Shown here: positions 29,027-40,520 of the stretch, in pieces
Numbering within the stretch: position 1 is the stretch's first letter
How the letters are laid out: the number at the start of each line of letters is the position of its first letter
From: the human T2T-CHM13v2.0 reference genome, Homo sapiens
Assembly (NCBI RefSeq): GCF_009914755.1
Contig: NC_060933.1
Length of the DNA stretch: 64,000 nt
Direction: 5' to 3' (one strand)
The notes under the pieces: model-generated
Databases searched by the model: none
The model's input: only the letters and a program-made list of their open reading frames with translations
What the model was told of the DNA's origin: nothing
Program-made: the position numbers and the translations under genes

Positions 29027-29462
29027 CTCCAGCATCACCTGGCCGAGACGGACCTAGGGCGTCCTTCTCCAGCATCACCTGGCCGAGACGGACCTAGGGC
29101 GTCCTTCTCCAGCATCACCTGGCCGAGACGGGCCTAGGGCGTCCTTCTCCAGCATCACCTGGCCGAGACGGGCCTAGGGCGTCCTTCTCCAGCATCACCT
29201 GGCCGAGACGGGCCTAGGGCGTCCTTCTCCAGCATCACCTGGCCGAGACGGGCCTAGGGCGTCCTTCTCCAGCATCACCTGGCCGAGACGGGCCTAGGGC
29301 GTCCTTCTCCAGCATCACCTGGCCGAGACGGGCCTAGGGCGTCCTTCTCCAGCATCACCTGGCCGAGACGGGCCTAGGGCGTCCTTCTCCAGCATCACCT
29401 GGCCGAGACGGGCCTAGGGCGTCCTTCTCCAGCATCACCTGGCCGAGACGGACCTAGGGCGT
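29027..29462. repeat. Minisatellite, 40-bp unit x ~11 (AGCATCACCTGGCCGAGACGGRCCTAGGGCGTCCTTCTCC)
   Basis: agcatcacct recurs every 40 bp from 29031 to 29431; units are near-identical. Confidence 0.97.
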
Positions 29463-29957
29463 GCTTCTAGGGCCAAGGTCATGGCCACATAGCCCCCAGC
29501 CAGGAGAGATGACGCCCCCTCCCAGAGGCCAGCAAGGTGGACATGGAGACCCCACTCTTTGGAGGAGAAAACAGTGGTGGACGAGGGGCAGAGCTCGTCC
29601 AGGGTCACCAAACCTAGGACGCCAGAGTCAGGATCTGACCCACCTCTCCAGCAGGTGCCTGACCATGGGTTCAGCTGTCCCACCTCTGTGAGGATTCAGG
29701 GAGCAGGAGGAGAGAGCCCCTGAAGTGAGGAAACAGTGGGGCCTTGTCATTGAAAGGGCAGGCGGGTGGTGAGAGCCAGAGATGGGAGCATGGCCTGGAC
29801 TGGCCAGGAAGCGATAGGCCAGGGGAGTGGAGGTAACGGGGCCCACAGATAACAGGGCATCTTCTCCAGGGCCTCATTCAGTCTCAGACCAAGTTTATAT
29901 GTCATTTCTCCTATTGACAATTGATCAGCCACCCAGGGATGCCTCAGGGCCACTAAC

Positions 29958-30175
29958 GCGGATGGCCATCAGCCAGGAGGAGCGGTCCCGGGCAGGGCCA
30001 CCAGCACGGATGGCCATCAGCCAGGAGGAGCGGTCCCGGGCAGGGCCACCAGCACGGATGGCCATCAGCCGGGAGGAGCGGTCCCGGGCAGGGCCACCAG
30101 CACGGATGGCCATCAGCCAGGAGGAGCGGTCCCGGGCAGGGCCACCAGCACGGATGGCCATCAGCCGGGAGGAGC
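29958..30175. repeat. Minisatellite, 48-bp unit x ~4.5 (CGGATGGCCATCAGCCRGGAGGAGCGGTCCCGGGCAGGGCCACCAGCA)
   Basis: Period 48, seen as the 16-aa repeat RMAISQEERSRAGPPA in ORF 29827..30438. Confidence 0.95.
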
Positions 30176-30639
30176 TGGGGATCCTGGGGGTCTGCACTAT
30201 TGTGCTGTCATCTCAGAGCCGGAGCAGCCAGGGAAGGGAACGGAAAGATATTTGGGGGCACAGCTGGCTGCCACCACCTGCTAAGGTGGGTCTACGGCCG
30301 GGGCAGGAAAGAGAATGTTCCAGCAAGAAGCAGAACCCCACTGATGGCCGCAGCCTGCCCCCTCACCCACCTGTCCCCCATCTCGGTGAGGACAGCAGGC
30401 ATGTTCTGCCACCTTGTTCCTGCCTCCGTCCCGGCTGACCCTGCCCCCTGCTGTAGGCTGGCCCAACGTCACACCTGGTAGCCTCTTGCTGCTCCGTGGC
30501 CTCTGAGGCCCCAGGCACACGCTGGGTCCTGTCCAGCCCTCCCCTCTCCTGCACTCCAAGGGACCCCTCCAGGGGACCCCTCCTTGCCCAGCAGCCGAGG
30601 GGGCTGCGTTTCCCAGCTTGTGCCCAAGAGTGGCGCCCG

Positions 30640-31445
30640 CGTAGTAATTCCTAATTAAATAGAGCACAAAACAGGGGATTGTCTAGCGATTAGCCAAACC
30701 GACTGGATTTTGAAGAACAAATATCCCGTTAGCACTACTTCTGCCGAGTCCACATGGCCATGAAGCAGAGACATACGGGAGCTCGGTAATGAATATGGAA
30801 ACCTTCTTTTCTGGTGTTGCTCACTCATAAATGAAGCTGCTTTATGGAGCACGAGCAGAGGGAAAATGACTGCGCCCAGCCTGATTTATCTGCTCAGACG
30901 CTTTGTAGTGCTTCAGATTAATAAAAATATTTAATAAAGAATCAAGATGGTTTATCTGTAATGCAAAGAGAATCACATTGCCTATATTTTTATTACAGAA
31001 AAATTGGAAGCAGGAAGAAATAATGATATAAGCTACTGTATAAATGACAAAAATACCCATTCTGGTTATGTGCTTTGCGCTACAATCCCGCGCCGCCCTA
31101 TAAACATAATCTATTCGCGTGCCTCTTTCAGCTGATTCCAGAGCCTGCTCTGCACTGTGGAGTTTAATATCACCCTGTTCTCAACTGCACAGGGAAGTGA
31201 TTAAATAAGAAATAAATTCGGCTGTCATTGCATTTAAAATCAAATCAAGGATCATTTGTTACTCCAAATGAAGCAGTTCTCCTTCCCTGCCCGTAAGTAG
31301 GCTGCTGTTCGCTGAACCATTTAGGAATGTATATATAGTAAACTCGCCGCATAATGCCTTGTACTCTGATATGATCTTTATGGGGCCGCTCCGAGCGCGG
31401 GGAGCGCCCATAAGCAGCACATGGCTTTTTTAATTTGAAGTTACA
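30640..31445. promoter_or_regulatory. AT-rich non-repetitive island, candidate conserved developmental enhancer
   Basis: Sharp composition switch within a GC-rich background; TAATTA, TGATTTAT (30882), CATAAA/TTTATG and TGACA/CTGTCA motifs; no repeat signature recognised. Confidence 0.5.
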
Positions 31446-31964
31446 GGTACGAGACTTCGCAGTCCATCCAAGTCTTATTGGAGGGGACCCATGTGAGATG
31501 TGGGGACCACTGCCCAGGACCCCTCCCCCTGCACCCCTGCTCAGCTACAACCAGCCCTCCTGTCCTCGGAGGAGGACAGGGGAGGGGAAGGAGCTAAGTC
31601 AGGTCCTCAGCGATGCACCCCTAACCCCAACCCTACCCTAAAGGGCAGGAGGGGCTGGGAAGCCGCTAAGAGGCGGGAACTGGAGGAGGGGGCTCTGCTG
31701 GGCTCCGTAGTGGGTGGGGAGTGCCGGGCGATGGGATGGCACAACGGGCCCCATCCTGTGCATCCTCCTCACCTAGAGTTACCGTCTCCAGGCTCAAGCG
31801 CCCCCCATGCCTGGCAGTGGCCGAGAAACACAGAGGGGCTGGAGGGGACAAGGAAGCGGAGCAAGTCGACTTGGGGAAACGCCTGGAGGGCATCGTGGGC
31901 AGCTGTATGAGGGGCCAGCCCAGTTGCTGGGCTAGCTTGAGGGCGGCAAGCAGCTGTCCCGTCA

Positions 31965-32363
31965 TGCCCGTGTCCCCATCCTGTGGCTGCAGCATAAAAG
32001 CCCACAGCCTGGAGGGCTTAACTCAACAGACGCTTGTCCTCTCATTCTAGAGGCCGGATGCCCAAAATCAGGAACAGCCAGGCTCCTTCTGAGGCCCCTT
32101 CGGTCCTCCTGGTGCCGCCCACCCTCGGGTCCCGGGTTCTGTGGCTGCAGGTCTCTGCCCTGAGTGCCTGCGTCTCTAACTCCCCTTCCTGTAAGGACGG
32201 TTTGTGGGGGCACACTGGATGAGGGGCCCCCCACTCCAAGATGGGCTCATCTAAACCAATCGCTTCTGCAATGACTCCATTCCCAAATAAGGTCCCCTGC
32301 GGAGGTTCTGGGGGTTGGGACTTGGACGTATCTTTTTGGGAGGACACAGTTCAGCCCGTGGCA
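31965..32363 (-). mobile_element. MLT1-type solo LTR
   Basis: cacagcctggagggcttaactcaacaga...ccaaataaggtc...ggaggttctgggggttgggactt...ggaggacacagttcagccc. Confidence 0.7.
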
Positions 32364-32475
32364 GTCACCCTCACACGGGTCTTATCTGTTCTTATCCGGC
32401 ATCCATGGGTTGGAGAGAGGCGGAGTGACGGATTAGTGCATTTCCTGAAACTTTAAACCTTTAAATGCTAAAGCC

Positions 32476-32810
<335 letters not shown>

Positions 32811-34668
32811 ATGCTAAAGCCTATTAGGCTATTTTTTGTTGGAAAGTCTCCTAAAATTCACCTCCCAGTGTCCCGCCTTATCTGGGAGAGCCTGGGAATC
32901 AGGCGGGGAGAGCTTCCTGGAGGTGGTGTCGGCCTCCTCTCCCTGCCTTTTTCCCCCTTCTACCAGAAGGAAGGCCATAAGCCGCCACCCGCCACTGGGC
33001 CCTGGCCTGGCCCTTCTGGCCAGGGCTCCCATACCCGCCATTGTGTCCTGGGCATGCGGCCTTGCTGACGCTGTCTCCTCCCCCAGCTGCTGAACACGGG
33101 TGGGTCAGTCTCCAAGCTTCAAGCTTCTTGACCCCTGTGAAGCGCTCTGCTCACGTGTTGGTTGGGACTCGGGTGAACACGAGGCAGCGGAGGCAATCAG
33201 AAAGGACGCGCTGAGGGCTGCGCTTACCCCCATCTCTCTTTCCCTGGGGTAGGCCCCTTCCTCCTGCTCCTCCTGAATGCTGGCACCTGCGCAGCCCTCT
33301 GCCATGACTCCAGAGCCAACCCACGCTCACAACCTCCACGTGCTGCCCCCAGCTGGCCTGGGCACTCGGCCTCCCCCTCTCCCAGGTCCAGAGAACGGGT
33401 CTGAAAGCCTGTGGGGGCCAACAGCAGCGGCCTGTTCCCCAACCTGCACCTCCAGCCCAGGCTGTCCTCCTCATCCTGCGTTCCCGGGCCTGGTGTGGAG
33501 CTGGACACGTCCCGAATGTCCCTGTGTCCCTGCGCAGGCATCAGGTCTGAAATGCCATCGGTGCTTCAGGCTCTCGTGTCCGCGTGGCCGGCAGGATGCT
33601 TCTTCTGAAGTGGACCGAGAGCCGTTCACTCGTGCCAAGGGGTGTTTGAGAACGGAGCCAAGTGCAGGGCCTGCAGGGGCGGTGCTGGAGGGTGAGGGGC
33701 GCCAAGGGCTGTGGCCGGGCCCCTGCAGCCTCCCTGTCTGCCCTGGGGCCCCCTCAGCTTAGTCCCCTGCCACAGCCAGTGCCAGCAGCAGGCGAGACTG
33801 GAGGGGGCCTAGAGGACCTGGCCTGCCCCACTCCCAGGTGGGGAGGTTGAGGCCCAGGGAGGGGAAGGAGATCTGGCTTCAGGGTGAGATGGGCAGGGCA
33901 GGAATGCTGGCCCTGCCCAGCGTGAGCTTGAGCAAAACACCCCACCCTGAACCTTTGCTTCCTTCCACAGAAAATGAGGGTGTCCATGGCGCCCGCCTCG
34001 GGGGGTTCCTGGGAGGAAGCACCCAGGGCCAGCCTGGGGGGCACGCGGTGGGCGGTTGGTGCACACACAGGCCCTTGGCTCTGACAGGCCTGGAGCAGTG
34101 CAGGGGTGCCGTGCCGGGTCCTCAGCACCGGCTCCCAGGCAGCCAGGGACTTCCCGGAGCTCCCTGGTCACCAACCCAGGCTTGATGGAGGCCCCGGCTG
34201 CATCTCTGACCCCTGACCCCTGACCCTAGCCTGCACCAAGCCCCACACGTGACTGGAATTTCGCCTGCACGTTCGGCCTGGTACTCACAGGAGGCTCCGA
34301 GCAGCCCACCCTTTCGGACAAGCTGGCCGGGGCCTCTGGTGGTCCAGCCCTCCACTGCCATTCCCGGGGGGCCTGGGCCCCTGCCCCTCCCCTGGCTGGA
34401 GACATGGGGGTGCAGCCCCTCTGTCCAGGCCCAGCAAGCCGGGATCCCATCCGGCCAGAGTCCACACTGCCTCTGCCAAGTACATGACGGTTAATGTCAT
34501 CACCGTGTGCACAGCCCTCTGTGTTACAGTGTGTAATATAAACTCAAAAATTAATTTTCTCACCTTCAAAAAGCGTCTTTAACTGCTCCTGAAAGGAAAT
34601 ATGGCTAAAACCATAATTTTAACGTCAATTCTTATTAGAAGGTCACGTTTGACCAAATTCTTTTGTTA

Positions 34669-35100
<432 letters not shown>

Positions 35101-38100
35101 TTAAACAGTCCTATCCCTGCCCAGTCTTATGTCTGCAGGTGGCAAGCGTGGTTGCAGGATGACCTTGGGTCACTCTGGGATGTAAGGGTTTTCCAGACTC
35201 CACGCCGGGTTCTGACACTGGCCCCCGTGAGCTCGGGCCCGTGTGGTCACAGGCCAGTTGTCAGAGGATCCTTGGTCCCAAGGGAAACTGTGTGGCGTTG
35301 CAGAAGGGGGTGCCCCTCTTTCTGCTGTTGGGGACCACAAGCCAGAGTGGATCCCCTCCTCCAGTATGGGTCCCCCTGGGAGCCCACAGGATCCTGAGGC
35401 AGGACCCCTAGGTGATCTCTGCCATGAGCAGCCCCCGTCCTTGGCCCCCGCCCATCCTCTGGCCTCTGGGGCCGGGCGGAGCGCGGGGCGTTGGTGCAGG
35501 AGGGCTGGGGTTGCACATCCTCCAGGACCTGAGCATCTGCTGGATTTTTCTCAAATGATGAGCACGCCCCTCCCTGGGTGGGGAGTCTCCCTGGGTTGGG
35601 AGTGTGTGGCCAGCTTTGGGATTCCCAGAGTCCCTCAGAGCCTCAGGGGCTGCTCCCCGGGGACCCGACTCACAAGCCAGGTGTCACAGGAGGCGACTCC
35701 AGGGCACTGCTCGCTGGAAGCAGGTAGGGCCCAGACAGTCAAGAGGTGATGCAGGGACCAGCGAGGTGGCCCCACCCTCATAGTGCCCCGCCTGATGGGG
35801 CCCGCTTGGGCTGGGGGCTCCTGGAGACAGACTGGCAGGCTGCTGGCTCTACCATCGTTCAGCAGAACCTCATGCGTAAGAAGTAGGGGAAGGCATGGGA
35901 TCATCATCCCCTCCTGATAGAGAAGCTGAGCCGCAAGTGGGACTCCTAAGAGGAGACGCCTGGAGACGCCTTTAGTCTTAATATGTTCCCGTGTGTGCAT
36001 ATGTGCACGTGTGTGTGTCTGTGTGCACAGGCGCGTTGGGGTACAAGAGTGAACACAGCACCCGGGAGCATTCCGCATCTGCTCACAGTCTCAGCCTGAG
36101 GCAGCCGGGCCAGGCTTGCTGGAAAACAAGCCCCGGGATCGGACCAAGCAGCTGCCCCTCCTCGCACTCTGCCTGGCAGCCCCCAAGGCAATGGGAGAGT
36201 CCCAGAGCCACCTCCAAGCCCCCAGAGTGTTTGGTAAGTAAGCGGAGGCCGAGGGTCCCCAGCCTGAGGCGTGGAGCTGGGCCCCTTCCTCTGGGCCCCT
36301 GGGGGAGGTGGGTGCACCGTGTTCCCCGGGCAGCTCTGTCCCAAAGGCTCGCAGGCCCCTCCCTTCAGCAGGTTGATTTTCAGTGCCCAGAGAACAACAA
36401 ATCACTCTCTGACAATAATGGGGATGAACAGACACTTAATTATGAGGCCACGAGACAGCGCGATTATTAATTTTAAATTGTGCAACCCAGTCCTGAAGGC
36501 TGAGCCTGGAGTGCTATCCCAGGGGCTCACGGGAGCCTGGGAGCCTCAGGGCTGGCCGGAGCTCAGAGACTCGGCTGGGCACTGGACTTGGGGGACACAG
36601 GGCCCTGAGGCTAGGGGACTCCTGGGTGGCCCTGACCTCCCCCTCCCCACAGCAGAAGGCCCAGGGAGATGGCTCTGCAGAGCCTGGCGTGGTCTGGGCT
36701 GCAGTCTACCTCCACAGGTTGATGGGGGTGTGGGTGGGGCCAGGACTCTGGCCCCCCCAAGAGGCTGCTCTGCCAGCGTGCTCCAGGGCTGATGAGGGTG
36801 TGACTGCACCAGCTCCTCACATCCACTGGGGGCCAATTCTGGCAGAGTGGGCCCACGCGGGGGTGGCCGAACCCTTCCCAAAGCAGTGGCGGGGGGCTTT
36901 ACTCTCTGCCTGGCTGAGGCCTAGGCCTACGACCACTCTCCTAGCCAGAGTAGGTGTCGATGCTCAGTGTCTGCTGGGCAAGGAGGGCACCTCAGAGGAG
37001 CTGCAGGGACCCTTGGAGGGAATCCCAAAGGCAGATAAGATCCCAGGTCCCTGGAGAGCCACGACCAGACACGCAGCATCAGCTCCCGTATAGAAGCTCA
37101 AGGTGGAAACCTTGGGCGCCAGTGCAGGGCTGACCTTGAAAGGTGATAGGGTGGCCGGTCCCCAAGGCTCGGTGACACTCATGTTCCTTTCTAGGGCTCC
37201 TCAACTCTTCCGAAATTTGCCATCTCCTAAAGTTCTTTAATCTCTAGCCACGGGGGTTCCGGATTTCCTCCGGGTCTACGGGGACTCAGGGACTGCAGAG
37301 GCAGCTGTGGGGGGTGGCATGGAGGACACAGCCCTGGACAGAATGGGGACACAACAGGGCCTGGAGCCCTGGGGGAGGCTGCAAGGCTGAGCGCATCCGG
37401 GGACAGACTCCCGGCTGACTCCTGTGGGAGGCCGGCGAGCAGCCCGGTGCCAGGCCAGGCAGCTTGTGCGACCGACTGCGCAGCAAGCTGTCGGTGCTGG
37501 TGGCACTTGGCAGGCGGCGGCGGGAAGGGGATGTTTGCAGACTGCCGGCGACAGCTTCCCGGCTGAAACCTCCCCGGTTAGACTACGCAGAAGTGAGCAG
37601 TGCCCGCGGGCGGGTCTTGGAGGAGCGAGAGGCAGCAGAGGGGCTGCTGGGGCTGTTGGGCCCTTCTGGGGGCCTCCCACCGGGCCTGCCCCCCCGCCCC
37701 CCGCTGTGGGCCTGGCCTGGGGCCTGGATCCAAGCCAGCACCCCCACACCCTGCAGGCTCCTGGATTCCGGTCTCTGGGGCAGTCATGATGGGCACCGGG
37801 GGAGAATTTGAGGGAGGGCTCAGTGGGGAGGGGGCCTCGGACCCCTGTGATGGGAGGCCCCTTCTCTGTCTGTTATCCCAGGTGCGCTGCAGGGCTGAGG
37901 TGGGCAGAACCCGCCCTGTCCGTTTTGGGTAAATTCCTTCCCCAGGAGCTGTGGGAGCATCTGCAGGCAGAGACGGGGCAGGCTTGCTGTGGTGGCGTTG
38001 CCATTTGTCACTGTTACTGTTTTTTAATTCAGGAAGCACATGCACAAAGCATGCATGGAGCTGCTTCGTGGAGCAGACGGCGCCCCCCGGGCACCTCAGA

Positions 38101-38181
38101 GGGTCACACAGGGAGCAGAGAGCCAGCCTTGCGGCCTCTGGCCTCTGCAGGTGCAGCAGCTCCCCGACCTGCCCTCCCCAG

Positions 38182-39085
38182 CCCTCCCCTCTCCACGCCC
38201 CCCTTTAACCCCTCCCCTCCTGCCCTTTCCCTCCCCTCTCCACGCCCCCCTTTAACCCCTCCCCTCCCGCCCTTTCCCTCCCCTCTCCACGCCCCTCTGT
38301 AACCCCTCCCCTCCCGCCCTTTCCCTCCCCTCTCCACGCCCCTCTGTAACCCCTCCCCTCCCGCCCTTTCCCTCCCCTCTCCACGCCCCTCTGTAACCCC
38401 TCCCCTCCTGCCCTTTCCCTCCCCTCTCCACGCCCCCCTTTAACCCCTCCCCTCCCGCCCTTTCCCTCCCCTCTCCACGCCCCCCTTTAACCCCTCCCCT
38501 CCTGCCCTTTCCCTCCCCTCTCCACGCCCCTCTGTAACCCCTCCCCTCCTGCCCTTTCCCTCCCCTCTCCACGCCCCCCTTTAACCCCTCCCCTCCCGCC
38601 CTTTCCCTCCCCTCTCCACGCCCCCCTTTAACCCCTCCCCTCCCGCCCTTTCCCTCCCCTCTCCACGCCCCTCTGTAACCCCTCCCCTCCCGCCCTTTCC
38701 CTCCCCTCTCCACGCCCCTCTGTAACCCCTCCCCTCCCGCCCTTTCCCTCCCCTCTCCACGCCCCTCTGTAACCCCTCCCCTCCCGCCCTTTCCCTCCCC
38801 TCTCCACGCCCCCCTTTAACCCCTCCCCTCCCGCCCTTTCCCTCCCCTCTCCACGCCCCCCTTTAACCCCTCCCCTCCCGCCCTTTCCCTCCCCTCTCCA
38901 CGCCCCCCTTTAACCCCTCCCCTCCCGCCCTTTCCTTCCCCTCTCCACGCCCCCCTTTAACCCCTCCCCTCCCGCCCTTTCCCTCCCCTCTCCACGCCCC
39001 TCTGTAACCCCTCCCCTCCCGCCCTTTCCCTCCCCTCTCCACACCCCTCTTTAACCCCTCACTTCCCGCCCTTTCCTTCCCCTCT
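38182..39085. repeat. Pyrimidine-rich minisatellite, 47-bp unit x ~19 (CTCCACGCCCCCCTTTAACCCCTCCCCTCCCGCCCTTTCCCTCCCCT, with a CTCTGTAACC variant)
   Basis: ctccacg recurs every 47 bp from 38191. Confidence 0.97.
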
Positions 39086-39756
39086 CTCCCCATCTCTCCT
39101 CTCCTCTCCCCTGTCTTGAAGTCAGACAGTCACATCACAGCCCCATCCTGTTTGATATCCCCAAGAACCCAGAGATGCCGTGTGCAGACCCCTACCCTCC
39201 TCCCTCATCCTGCCATTTTCAGGGTGCCCCTATATGTGGGGCCCTCTCTGCCGTGTGCCTCTAGCTGGAGGCAGAGGCCCCAGCAGCTTCCCCAGGCTCC
39301 CCGTGGCAGGGCACAGACCTCACCCCTGGGATCTACCTGGGGTAGAGGCAGGGCCACTGGCACCTCCCAGGGCTTGGGCCCAGCCTCCCTGGTGGCCTGC
39401 GCCCGTGAGTCTGGCGGGGTCTGGCCATGCAGGTCCCTCTGTTCTGGGCGTTCTGGGCCTCCTTCTCCTGTCTCTCCCGTGATTCCATGGGCTGCCCACC
39501 GTTCCCTGAGAAAAGCAGGCAGAGGTGGCTCCTGCCACTGTCACCAGAAGCCAAGTTTTCAGGCCAGCACTGCCCTCCCCCTTTAGGAACCAGGAAATGG
39601 AGGCTCTGAGAGCCAGTGGCATCCAGCCCTTGGGCTGTGATGGGCAGGGGAGCAGGGGCAGCCTGATGCCCAACCCAGGGGGACGGCAGGGCAGACACAG
39701 TCCTGAGCCCCTGTGTGCAAAGTAAGTGGGGGACACCGATCTAAACATACGAGTTC

Positions 39757-40060
39757 AGGCCATGGTGGCTCACGCCTGTAATCCCAGCGCTTTGGGAGGC
39801 TGAGGTGGGCAGATTGCTTGAGCTCAGGTGTTCGAGACCAGCCCGGGAAACATAGTGAGACCCCCCATCTCTACCAAAAATTAAAAAAAAAAAATTGGCC
39901 AGGTGTGGTGGTGCACACTTGTGGTCCCAGCTACTTAGGAGGCTGAGGTGGGAGAATCGCTTGAGTCCCGGAGATGGAGATTGCAGTGAGCTGCACTGCA
40001 CAAGCCACTGCACTCCAGCCTGGCGACAGAGTAAGACCGGTCTGGAAAAATAAAATACAA
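39757..40060 (+). mobile_element. Alu (J-like)
   Basis: ggtggctcacgcctgtaatcccagc...gcttgagctcagg...cactccagcctggcgacagag. Confidence 0.9.
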
Positions 40061-40334
40061 ACACGGGTTCTTGGAAAACCAGGACGAGGGCTGTGAACAA
40101 GGACGTTGCTGGAGTTGTGAGTGCGCTGTCACGTGAACAAGAGGCACCACTCGCCCTGTCCGAAGAGGCTCCCTGCTGGGGCGGCCACGACAAAAGGGAA
40201 GGTGTTCTCGGCACAGGGGTCGGGGTGGCCAAGACCACATGGCAGAGACCCGGCAGAGGACCAGACAGGATGGAGCGGGGTCTGGCGGGGAACAGAGCTG
40301 GGGGTCTTGAGCAAGGGGAGACCCCATGGGGTAA

Positions 40335-40520
40335 GGGAAGCTCACCAGAAAAGAACAGAACACCCACCTAAGTTTCTATTTTAAATAAACAATGAATTTT
40401 TAAAATAGAAATATGCCCCCAAATTGGATGGGTCATACACTAGAGATTGATTTGTTGTTAGTATGAAATGAGAATTTCACTGGGTGTTAAGTATTCTTAT
40501 GTATTCCCTCTGGCCACCCT
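40335..40520. mobile_element. MER53-like palindromic hAT MITE, diverged
   Basis: ataaacaatgaatttt...atgcccccaaatt...atgggtcatac...ttgttgttagtatgaaat...actgggtgtt...ctggccaccct follows the MER53 layout. Confidence 0.55.

Noticed and set aside
29027-29462. CRISPR-like appearance of regular 40-bp repeats (also the 35/36/47/48-bp arrays)
   Set aside because: Units are head-to-tail with no unique spacers, there are no cas genes, and the context is primate genomic DNA. These are minisatellites.
38182-39085. Interstitial telomere
   Set aside because: Only one TAACCC per 47-bp unit, not tandem hexamers.
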